Shown piece by piece: positions 35,713-43,901 of a stretch of 64,000 nucleotides of DNA. The notes below the pieces were generated by a model, which had not been told where the DNA came from, did not search any database, and saw only the letters and a list, made by a program, of their open reading frames with translations. Each line of letters opens with the position of its first letter. The stretch's first letter is position 1. This stretch comes from a virus. A program made the position numbers and the translations under genes. The DNA lies in IMG/VR virus record IMGVR_UViG_3300026136_000008, one strand, 5' to 3'.

Positions 35713-37022
35713 GGTACTCTCCTTGGAAATAATTTTACTTTTGCTAATGCTTTTAAACTTTTATCATGCCAGTTATTCCAATACATAATATAATTATCTG
35801 GATCAATATCTATACCATTATTTATTAAATAATCTGGGTTATATAACTTATCAAATGTTACTTGTATTATTCCCATGTGATCTCGAACCTTATGATTCTT
35901 TTCCCAAAAATCAATAGTGACTCTTCTTGCTCTATCAGAATCTGGCCAATTCATATCGTGTGGACTTATTTTATCGCCCATTGCTTTATGAACTTTTTCT
36001 AAATCTTGTTCTTTCATCTCAAGTCTTTTTACATTAACTTCATCATTCTTAAAATATGATATTGATATCCTCGGCCAAAATTTAGATACCATAACACCAT
36101 AAACTATATTATTTAATGTGATACAATCCATTTGTTCTATGTTTACACCAAAGTTATTATGCTGACCTATTATATCTAAAGTCCTATAATACAGGGGAAT
36201 AGTATCATCATCTAAAATTGGAGCAAGGTACCTACAATATCTATCTATATTTTCTTCAGTAGTATATTCTGGTTCCCAATCTTTTTCAAGATAATACGCA
36301 TTACTTTTCTCGCCCCAAATACCAGTAATTCCTTTTTGATATCTCCAATCAGCAACACGAATTGCTTCTAGCTTACGTTCATATTCCCATTCAGGTTGAA
36401 GGTATACTTTCATAGTTTCTAACATTTGAATGTATTCTTGATAGTCACCGCCACTAATAGAAAAATATTTTCCTTTTGGACCCCAACACATTGTAAGAGG
36501 AGTAATTCCGTGTGTTCGTATTAGATACGGTTTATCTTGATTTGCAAATGCATCTCGTATTTCAGATAATGCATCATCCATAATTTGTGGTCTTTCACTA
36601 TCTGGATCTTCTCTATTTTTTATATGATCGTATAATAATCCAAATGGATTTTCAAGAGTCTCTTCAGGTATTATAGGTATATTCTCATACTCTGGTACCC
36701 AACAATGAGAAGTATAAAGATTATCAACACCGTCAAGTACAAATACATCTGCAAACAAAAAATCAAAAAAGGTTTTTTGCCTATGTGAACTAGGATTTAA
36801 TGCAACATCATTACCTTTTGAGCCATCAATCATAGCCATAAGATTTTCAGGTATTAAGTTTTGGTCATAAGACATTTTAATAACTTCTTTATTAAAAAAT
36901 AAATCGGTCTCTTGTGTTAACCAATTACATAAACCTTCACCACCTGCTCCACCCTGATATGATATGACTACAAACTTATGTGCATTCTCTTCACACCATT
37001 TTATAAATTTATTTTTATTCAC
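35700..37022 (-). CDS. Hypothetical protein, possible P-loop/sulfotransferase-like N-terminus
   Basis: Long ORF; VVISYQGGAGGEGLCNWL glycine-rich loop; family call is weak. Confidence 0.4.
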   Translation of the reverse strand: MNKNKFIKWCEENAHKFVVISYQGGAGGEGLCNWLTQETDLFFNKEVIKMSYDQNLIPENLMAMIDGSKGNDVALNPSSHRQKTFFDFLFADVFVLDGVDNLYTSHCWVPEYENIPIIPEETLENPFGLLYDHIKNREDPDSERPQIMDDALSEIRDAFANQDKPYLIRTHGITPLTMCWGPKGKYFSISGGDYQEYIQMLETMKVYLQPEWEYERKLEAIRVADWRYQKGITGIWGEKSNAYYLEKDWEPEYTTEENIDRYCRYLAPILDDDTIPLYYRTLDIIGQHNNFGVNIEQMDCITLNNIVYGVMVSKFWPRISISYFKNDEVNVKRLEMKEQDLEKVHKAMGDKISPHDMNWPDSDRARRVTIDFWEKNHKVRDHMGIIQVTFDKLYNPDYLINNGIDIDPDNYIMYWNNWHDKSLKALAKVKLFPRRVPLTL

Positions 37023-37641
37023 TTTCTATTTCTTCTACGAGTTGATCTCTCATTGTTTCATTACGCATATAGAATGCTATACTCCATCTTGGTTCATTAG
37101 TCATAGCACAATGAAATGTTGATTCTTGACCTGGTCCATACCAACCAGTTTTGCAAGTCCAGCCTGGTCTATCTTTAATAGTATGTATCTTACCAGTTTT
37201 CCAATCACGATATCTATAAAAGGCATCACCGCCTTTACTCCAATTAAATAATACTGTATAACCTGGAGCATCACGATTATCATGCCAACCTATATATCCA
37301 TCTTCAGGATAATAGCAGAATAATGCATTTTGTTGTGCACCTAATTCCTGTGCAAAAGTAAAGCTTACATCTTTCATTAAATCCTGCCAGTCTTTTGCTA
37401 TATTATAATTATTACATAAATCAAATAACTTCGCTATTTCAGGCGGACCTCTAAATTCTTTTTTCTTAGTTTTCTCAAGAATATAATTTAAATATTCTTT
37501 GGATGTTGCATAGTGTTTATGTTTATCACCACGTTGTTTTATTCGGCGCTGGATGTATCCTATATCCATACTATTAATAGTATCAATAAACCCATCAAGT
37601 CTTTCTAATATCTCTTTATTTTTAATTAATACTTCGCGCAT
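37015..37641 (-). CDS. Fe/2OG oxygenase-like protein
   Basis: YYPEDGYIGWHDN...FHCA...PRWSIAF. Confidence 0.65.
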   Translation of the reverse strand: MREVLIKNKEILERLDGFIDTINSMDIGYIQRRIKQRGDKHKHYATSKEYLNYILEKTKKKEFRGPPEIAKLFDLCNNYNIAKDWQDLMKDVSFTFAQELGAQQNALFCYYPEDGYIGWHDNRDAPGYTVLFNWSKGGDAFYRYRDWKTGKIHTIKDRPGWTCKTGWYGPGQESTFHCAMTNEPRWSIAFYMRNETMRDQLVEEIESE

Positions 37642-38341
37642 CTGCTGGTTTTTTTAATGGTAATGTATAATGCCATACTACTATTGGTCCTTTGCATTCA
37701 TCTTCTTTATATATGTAAACAAAATTCCATCTTGCATCATCTTCGTATATACTTATATCTAAATCAGAATACGTATTTTCAGTTAACCACCATAATGTTA
37801 ATTGATCCCAATTTACTAATCTCTCTTTTGGTTGTACACCTTCGGGCCACCAAGAGCCATCACGTTGTTTATTATAGTATTTCCACCAGTCATCCATAAA
37901 TTCTAATACACGTGGTGTTGACTTATAACCGAATACACCACCATGAAGAACCATTTCACCTCCAATAAATTTAGCTATCTTACCTGCGTATGGTCTTATG
38001 TTAGTAAATACTAAATCGGAATCGAAGTCAAACATCTTAGATACATCTTCATGTTGCACAAATGTATCAGCATCTAAGTATACAGTTTTATCAAATGGGG
38101 TTTTAGAGAGGCAAGCCAACTTGGCTCGAACATGATTAGGACAATCATCAACCATATAGAGATCATCACAGCGTGGATCAGATTTTGTCCATTGTTCATG
38201 AGCGAATAAGGCTATATTTGCCTCTGGCATATAATCTAATAAGGAGTCAATAAGCATATGAGCTGCCTCATAATACTCATAAAACTGACTTGCTACAATT
38301 ATAAAACCGTTAGGCTTTTGGTTTTTCTGCTTCCTTACCAT
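37622..38341 (-). CDS. GT-A (GT8-like) glycosyltransferase
   Basis: KL..L.KTPFDKTVYLDADT, HGGVF, WDQ, RWN. Confidence 0.75.
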   Translation of the reverse strand: MVRKQKNQKPNGFIIVASQFYEYYEAAHMLIDSLLDYMPEANIALFAHEQWTKSDPRCDDLYMVDDCPNHVRAKLACLSKTPFDKTVYLDADTFVQHEDVSKMFDFDSDLVFTNIRPYAGKIAKFIGGEMVLHGGVFGYKSTPRVLEFMDDWWKYYNKQRDGSWWPEGVQPKERLVNWDQLTLWWLTENTYSDLDISIYEDDARWNFVYIYKEDECKGPIVVWHYTLPLKKPADARSIN

Positions 38342-38765
38342 TTTCTTCTATAATAATAGCAGCGGAGTACGCCATAATCTCAATCATGTTTGTTGCTTTA
38401 CGTACTTTAGATTTGAGTGCTCTATTTTTAGAAGCTTTAATTTCTGGTATTTCAAATGAATCAACCTTTGCAGCAAATAAAGCTTCATTTTTTGCTTTAT
38501 CCATTTCGGCTTTTTGTTCAGCTGCGCGTACTGCTTGATTTTCGTGATGTGCCTCAGCCTTCTTTTTAGTGATGGCTTTAATTTCTTCGTGAGTGAACGT
38601 ATTAAAGATCTCCTTCCAATCAGGATTATCTTTTTGTCCATCGGGAGTGTTACTTACTGAAACGGTTTGATTTGTGCCATCTGCAAATTCAAAATTACAT
38701 ACGATGATATCACAACTCTTGTCCGCGTAATACGGCTCAAGTATTTTTCTGCCTTCTACAGCCAT
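38310..38765 (-). CDS. Hypothetical protein
   Basis: GAGGT SD, late promoter upstream, helical C-terminus. Confidence 0.65.
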   Translation of the reverse strand: MAVEGRKILEPYYADKSCDIIVCNFEFADGTNQTVSVSNTPDGQKDNPDWKEIFNTFTHEEIKAITKKKAEAHHENQAVRAAEQKAEMDKAKNEALFAAKVDSFEIPEIKASKNRALKSKVRKATNMIEIMAYSAAIIIEENGKEAEKPKA

Positions 38766-38796
38766 GATTTACCTCATTATATTAAATTATTAAAAT

Positions 38797-38804
38797 TATT
38801 TATA
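38797..38804 (-). promoter_or_regulatory. T4-type late promoter
   Basis: Intergenic TATAAATA upstream of the 38765-35041 operon. Confidence 0.7.
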
Positions 38805-39203
38805 TCAACTCAAAAGATGCCATCCATCTATGTGTTCTACTCCTGTATCAGGGTTAATGTCTTTTGATGAAACTGTCCAGCCACCGGTTTGCAAACCAGA
38901 AGTATCCGTTGACCCGTTTGCTATAATGTCTGCTTTAAGTACATCTTCTGTCCATATTTGTTTAATAGCGTATCCATTACCTGCAGTTCCGCTAGATACT
39001 GGCTCACCATTAGATGTTAAGTATCTTGTTGATGTAACTCCAGTTGGCGGACTTGATTCAGCTGATCCAGCAGCATAACTATTATAATCTGCTATTGTAT
39101 CGCCATTTCCTATACTAGCAAAATGTGCTTCCATTGCTTCATCAGCTGTATTAAATGCAGCTCCTTCTTTTTCGAAGTTAACTATTATATGATGATCTGC
39201 CAT
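38805..39203 (-). CDS. Hypothetical protein
   Basis: Abuts the upstream gene in the operon; AAGGA SD. Confidence 0.6.
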   Translation of the reverse strand: MADHHIIVNFEKEGAAFNTADEAMEAHFASIGNGDTIADYNSYAAGSAESSPPTGVTSTRYLTSNGEPVSSGTAGNGYAIKQIWTEDVLKADIIANGSTDTSGLQTGGWTVSSKDINPDTGVEHIDGWHLLS

Positions 39204-39204
39204 A

Positions 39205-40185
39205 TTATGCCGTCCTTAGCCACAATGAAACAGTAGAAACAGTTTCATTTGACGATTGAATTGTTGCACCGGTATAGTTACCAGTATATGTGCCAGAGTA
39301 ATAACCTGTATATGTGCCAGTATATGTACCGGAATATGGACCTACCTGACGTCCTGAGTAGAATGTTGAATATGAACCAGTATAGTTACCAGTATAATCA
39401 CCTGCATAAGCACCAGTATAATCACCAGCGTATGATACATCTGTACGTTCTTTTCTTGTATCAGAGAAAGCATCGCCAACTCTTTGCCATGTTCCTGAAG
39501 CAGGAGCAGATGCTTGTAGTACATACTTACCAATACCTGTATCTACAATAGACTCTTGATATATTTCTACTAAGTCATTAATCTCAGCATCAGATAATTC
39601 ACTTAATCTGCTGTTACCTGCATCCCAAGCTAATGGACGTGTAGCAGTTGTATTCGAACCGGTTGTTCTCTTCCAAAGTTTAGTAGAGTTATTTACACCT
39701 GATTGAAACTTATTATTAATAGTAGCAACCTCAGACCATGTACCTGTACCAGGAGCACTTGGTTGTAATACATATGAACCTACACCACCAGCAGCAATTT
39801 TAGCATTAACTCTGTCAATAATATCAGCTCTCATTTCAGCATCTGTCATTTCGATAATACCATCATAAGAACCAGAATCATATTTAACCGACATTGGTCT
39901 CCTTGTTGGAGTAGGAGTAACATCAGTTAGGTTTTGTCTAAAGACATAGTTATCTGTATGAATAGTTGTGTTAGCTGGGTGAGTACCAACAGCTTGATCA
40001 CGTCTTGTATCTGCGAATGTACCAATGTCTGTCCAACCTGATTCTGCATTCATAGCAAGGTGACCAGTATTATTAGAAGTCATTCCAGAAAAATGGTCTA
40101 GAATTAGATCTACATTGTCATCAATTTCTGCAGATGACATCTCTTTTAACGAGCTTGATCCATTCCACTTTAAAGGTTTTGCCAT
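39205..40185 (-). CDS. Probable virion structural protein with internal domain repeats and a Tyr-x-Gly-x ladder
   Basis: PL.W....L.E.SDAEI and G.Y.LQ.SAP..GTW repeats; GAGG SD. Confidence 0.6.
   Translation of the reverse strand: MAKPLKWNGSSSLKEMSSAEIDDNVDLILDHFSGMTSNNTGHLAMNAESGWTDIGTFADTRRDQAVGTHPANTTIHTDNYVFRQNLTDVTPTPTRRPMSVKYDSGSYDGIIEMTDAEMRADIIDRVNAKIAAGGVGSYVLQPSAPGTGTWSEVATINNKFQSGVNNSTKLWKRTTGSNTTATRPLAWDAGNSRLSELSDAEINDLVEIYQESIVDTGIGKYVLQASAPASGTWQRVGDAFSDTRKERTDVSYAGDYTGAYAGDYTGNYTGSYSTFYSGRQVGPYSGTYTGTYTGYYSGTYTGNYTGATIQSSNETVSTVSLWLRTA
39265..39432 (-). repeat. 12-nt coding repeat: 14 tetrapeptides, mostly Y-[ATS]-G-x
   Basis: YAGD YTGA YAGD YTGN YTGS YSTF YSGR QVGP YSGT YTGT YTGY YSGT YTGN YTGA. 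Confidence 0.9.
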
Positions 40186-40204
40186 AGTTATTTCCTCTTT
40201 ATAC

Positions 40205-40219
40205 TATATATATATATAT
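40205..40219. repeat. (TA)7 microsatellite in an intergenic region
   Basis: TATATATATATATAT. Confidence 0.85.
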
Positions 40220-40224
40220 CTTAA

Positions 40225-41835
40225 TTAAAACGTTCCGCCATCAATTGTTGATGTAGCGGTTGGGACACCTGATGAGTTGAATCCCATAACTTGGTATTGA
40301 GTACCTGTCTCAAATTCTAGAGCTGTACCACCAGTGTTGGCTATGAGTACACCGTTGGATGTAAATGCACTTAATCCTGTACCACCATGTGCTACTGCAA
40401 CATCTGTACCTTGCCAAACACCTGTAGCAATAGTACCAAGTGTTGTTATTGTATTTTGACCAGCATATGTATTTGCAATAGTAATCGCATCAGCACTTAC
40501 AGTAATTTTATCTGCCGTACCGACTACATCAATCGTATTACCATTCTTAGTTAAACCATTTCCTGCTGCTATTTGACCAGCACCAGAGAATTGTTCAAAG
40601 TTTATTGCTGTTGAACCTAGTGTGATAGCACCGTTTGTACTTAATACATAACCATTATCAGCATTCGCAGTACCTTCTTCACAGAAAGTAAATGCGCCTG
40701 AAGTTAATTCAGAAGCAGCATCAGCATCTGGTGTTCTTGTTAGTACCCAATTTGATGAACCATCACCAACAGTTGTAACCTTATAGAAACCGTTTTGTGC
40801 TGCAGTTGACTGATCTTTAACAAGAACTCTATCATTAACACTTAGAGTTACGCCGTCAATTTGAATAGCAGCTTGTGATCCTGAGTTAGTTAGTGTGCTT
40901 GGTGCAGTATTTACATAAGTTGCACCTAAGTTAGCAGTTGTTGCAACCTTAACAGATTTTTTAACATCTAATCCGTTTGCAACACTATCAACATATGTTT
41001 TATTAACAAGTGAATCTGAAGTAAATCCAGCACGACCTTCATAACCTGAAGGAACCGTTACTGAACCTGTACCATTTGGTGCAAGTGCAATATTTCCATT
41101 GTTATCTGTTGATGATAATGTATTGCCATCTAATGTTAAGTTATCAACATCAACAGAGGTTAATCCATTTAAGTCTGTAATTGTGTCGCCTAGAGATGTA
41201 TCATCACTACCAATTGTTATACCATCATTTACTAGTTTAGCATTAGCAATAGAAGTATTAGGAATATTAAGAGTGATTGTAATTTCATTATCTGATACTG
41301 CAGTATCAATACCTGTACCACCAGTATATGTTATTGTTTCACCAGTACTTACTGAATCATTTGAACCTGAATCAGCTGCTATACTTAATGTACTTACAAC
41401 GGTACCAAATGATAGATTACCTGAACCGTCTGTTTTTAAGAATTGCCCAGCTGAACCATCCGCTGTTGGATGTGATAAACCATCGATAATGACATTACCA
41501 GATCCGTTTGGTGTAATTGTAATATCACCGTTTGTATCTGTTGATGTAATGGCATTACCATTTAATGTTAGGTTATCAACATTTAATACATCAATTTTTG
41601 AATTCGCGTCTACTATAATTGCAGATGACGCGGTTAGCGTTCCTGCAGTGTGGTCCATCATATCGGTGAAGTGTTGTCCACCGATGACTCTTGCTACTAC
41701 ATCTGAGCCTGAAGTTTCACCTATAAAAAGTTTATCTGAGCTAAATGAATAAGCTTGTTCACCTACCGCCAGAGCATCTGTTGCCGGATTGCCAGACGCT
41801 AAACTATATTTTGTGATAATGACTGTGCCTGCCAT
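40225..41835 (-). CDS. Tail fibre / structural protein
   Basis: LAVGEQAYS N-domain; GLDVKKSVKVATTAN...DRVLVKDQSTAAQNG.Y fibre module; VAHGGTG; ends IDGGTF. Confidence 0.75.
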   Translation of the reverse strand: MAGTVIITKYSLASGNPATDALAVGEQAYSFSSDKLFIGETSGSDVVARVIGGQHFTDMMDHTAGTLTASSAIIVDANSKIDVLNVDNLTLNGNAITSTDTNGDITITPNGSGNVIIDGLSHPTADGSAGQFLKTDGSGNLSFGTVVSTLSIAADSGSNDSVSTGETITYTGGTGIDTAVSDNEITITLNIPNTSIANAKLVNDGITIGSDDTSLGDTITDLNGLTSVDVDNLTLDGNTLSSTDNNGNIALAPNGTGSVTVPSGYEGRAGFTSDSLVNKTYVDSVANGLDVKKSVKVATTANLGATYVNTAPSTLTNSGSQAAIQIDGVTLSVNDRVLVKDQSTAAQNGFYKVTTVGDGSSNWVLTRTPDADAASELTSGAFTFCEEGTANADNGYVLSTNGAITLGSTAINFEQFSGAGQIAAGNGLTKNGNTIDVVGTADKITVSADAITIANTYAGQNTITTLGTIATGVWQGTDVAVAHGGTGLSAFTSNGVLIANTGGTALEFETGTQYQVMGFNSSGVPTATSTIDGGTF

Positions 41836-41868
41836 CCTATATCTCCTCTAATTTATATTTAAGCGGCA

Positions 41869-42120
41869 CTAAAATGTACCACCATTAATTTTTGTATTAC
41901 TGTTCGTGTCTTCCATCACAGGTTTAACCTTAAAAGTACTTGATGACGCATCATATTGTATGATCGATCCATCAACTCTTGCAGATACATCAACATCTGT
42001 TAATGTGGATAACTGAGTAGTAAATGTTGAAACAGAAATATTTCTTGCAACTATTTCTTTTTGTTTCATTCCAGCACCTTGTAACGGCCTAGTTGCCGTA
42101 ATCTTACCTTGTAATGCCAT
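41869..42120 (-). CDS. Small fibre-associated protein
   Basis: LSTLTDVD...DGSIIQYD motif; ends INGGTF. Confidence 0.6.
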   Translation of the reverse strand: MALQGKITATRPLQGAGMKQKEIVARNISVSTFTTQLSTLTDVDVSARVDGSIIQYDASSSTFKVKPVMEDTNSNTKINGGTF

Positions 42121-42455
42121 TACTGTGTTACTCCTGGAGTCACTGTTACTTGTCCTTCTATTACCCTAGTTTTTTCACCCGAAGATGTTTTTGTTATCTC
42201 TACATCATAAACATAACGCCCAGCTTTCATACCATTTGTTACGCTATTAGCCAATGTTATTGTAATTTCACCTGCAGTAGCATTTGATACAGTTGCTCCA
42301 AAATCTATTGCAGTACTTGACGAATAGCTTTTTCTTATTTGTCCTGCAACAGTATATCCTGTTAAGTTTGCTACATTACCTGCAGCATCTTCTACAATAA
42401 CCTCAGCACTATAATCTGCACCCTGATCTATACTTAAATTACTTAATATTGCCAT
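42120..42455 (-). CDS. Virion structural protein (BppU-N-like Ig fold)
   Basis: NLSIDQGADY...GRYVYDVEI...RVIEGQVTVTPGVT. Confidence 0.7.
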   Translation of the reverse strand: MAILSNLSIDQGADYSAEVIVEDAAGNVANLTGYTVAGQIRKSYSSSTAIDFGATVSNATAGEITITLANSVTNGMKAGRYVYDVEITKTSSGEKTRVIEGQVTVTPGVTQ

Positions 42456-42471
42456 TTTCTATGTATACCTC

Positions 42472-42479
42472 TATTTATA
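42472..42479 (-). promoter_or_regulatory. T4-type late promoter
   Basis: Intergenic TATAAATA. Confidence 0.65.
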
Positions 42480-42490
42480 TTTTTGTTGTT

Positions 42491-43699
42491 TTAGAACAGT
42501 TGGTTACCAGCGACATCAAAAACATCTAGCTTTGTTGATGTAGACGCTGTTGTTGTGATGCTAACATTACCTAAGTTTGTCATTGTTGCAGAACCTGTAA
42601 CCGCACCAGTCAAAGTGATGGTTGGATCATTAACATTAAAATCAAGTGTTCCGTCACCATCTTCGTAATCAACTGAAATACCACCTTCAGTATTACCTGA
42701 TACCATTGCTCCGATAATATCCTGTACTTCTTCTGTAAAGTTATCGATATTACCTACAACGTGAGCGTGTCCATCATCAGCAATTGCTAAATTAATATTA
42801 CCATTTGTATCATCATATGTAGCCGAGATACCACCTGTTTCCGTACCATCAAACATAGCACCTACAGCATCTTCAAAGGCTTCGCCTTGTTCAAAGAATA
42901 CTGATTTTAAATCTGTTCCGCCATAACTTAATGTAGTCGCATTTAAATTACCTGATACATCTACTTTATGTGATCCATGCGCTGCTATACCAATACCAAT
43001 TCTTTGATTTGAGTCAACTGTTATCGCTGTTCCCGAACCAGTACCTAATGTTAATGATGTTGCAGCACTTACACCAGCATTTGAACCACCTAATCCTGAT
43101 GATGCAGTAATTAATTTACCAGTCATTGTATCACCGGCTACTGCTACAAAATTACTACCAATTGCTGCAATATCTGCTGTAGCTGTGGTTACTTCACCAT
43201 GTAATTCTAAAATAGCAGGACCAACAGTGGATGCGGTTGTTCCCATTGCCGCTGCTGATATTGTACCTAGCTTAGTATTTATTGCAGCAATATCCGTGTC
43301 ATTGCTTGTTATATTAGCTGTTTGAGTATTGTCAACTGCATATTGAGCATTAAGAATAGCAACTAGAGTTGTCTCTGAACCATTATATCCAGATAAGCTT
43401 GAGCCTGCTAAGTTAATACCAGCGGTTGAAGCAATTGTTTCAATATCTGCATGGTTTTTATTTGCAGCAAGTACTAACGCACCGTAATTTGATGTATCCC
43501 ATAAGTCACCTATTGTACCGATGGCAGCCGCGGCCGCTTCAGTTGCAGTATCATGTATATTCAGCGCTGCAACAACCGTAGTTGCACCCGAATCATTTGC
43601 AGTTAGATTAGTTAAGTCACCAATCGCAGTACCTAACTGGTTGGTTTTAACTCTCCATTCTTCAAATGTATTTGCTGTTGTTACGTTTACTGTTGCCAT
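42491..43699 (-). CDS. Fibre-like structural protein
   Basis: NTFEEWRVKTN N-terminus; coiled-coil stretch; EDAVGAM..G..T..GIS.TYDD modules. Confidence 0.65.
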   Translation of the reverse strand: MATVNVTTANTFEEWRVKTNQLGTAIGDLTNLTANDSGATTVVAALNIHDTATEAAAAAIGTIGDLWDTSNYGALVLAANKNHADIETIASTAGINLAGSSLSGYNGSETTLVAILNAQYAVDNTQTANITSNDTDIAAINTKLGTISAAAMGTTASTVGPAILELHGEVTTATADIAAIGSNFVAVAGDTMTGKLITASSGLGGSNAGVSAATSLTLGTGSGTAITVDSNQRIGIGIAAHGSHKVDVSGNLNATTLSYGGTDLKSVFFEQGEAFEDAVGAMFDGTETGGISATYDDTNGNINLAIADDGHAHVVGNIDNFTEEVQDIIGAMVSGNTEGGISVDYEDGDGTLDFNVNDPTITLTGAVTGSATMTNLGNVSITTTASTSTKLDVFDVAGNQLF

Positions 43700-43700
43700 A

Positions 43701-43901
43701 TTATCTCTCTATTAATTGTTTTAACATATCTTTAATTTCAGATACATCTTGTTCTACTTTATCCAAACGTTCTTGATGCACTCTTGCTTCTTCTTTAAGC
43801 GCAGCTCTATTCATAGAGTGTATCTTACTGTTACTCATATTTATAATCGCTCCAGACTTTGGATCTCTTGCTAAATTAGTATATCCTTCAACTTTTATCA
43901 T
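43701..43901 (-). CDS. Small conserved-type hypothetical protein
   Basis: LARDPKSGAIIN plus coiled-coil; TAATG coupling to the upstream gene. Confidence 0.65.
   Translation of the reverse strand: MIKVEGYTNLARDPKSGAIINMSNSKIHSMNRAALKEEARVHQERLDKVEQDVSEIKDMLKQLIER

Noticed and set aside
28154-39432. CRISPR array suggested by periodic repeats
   Set aside because: All repeats are degenerate, have periods divisible by 3 and lie inside ORFs; there is no identical repeat with unique spacers
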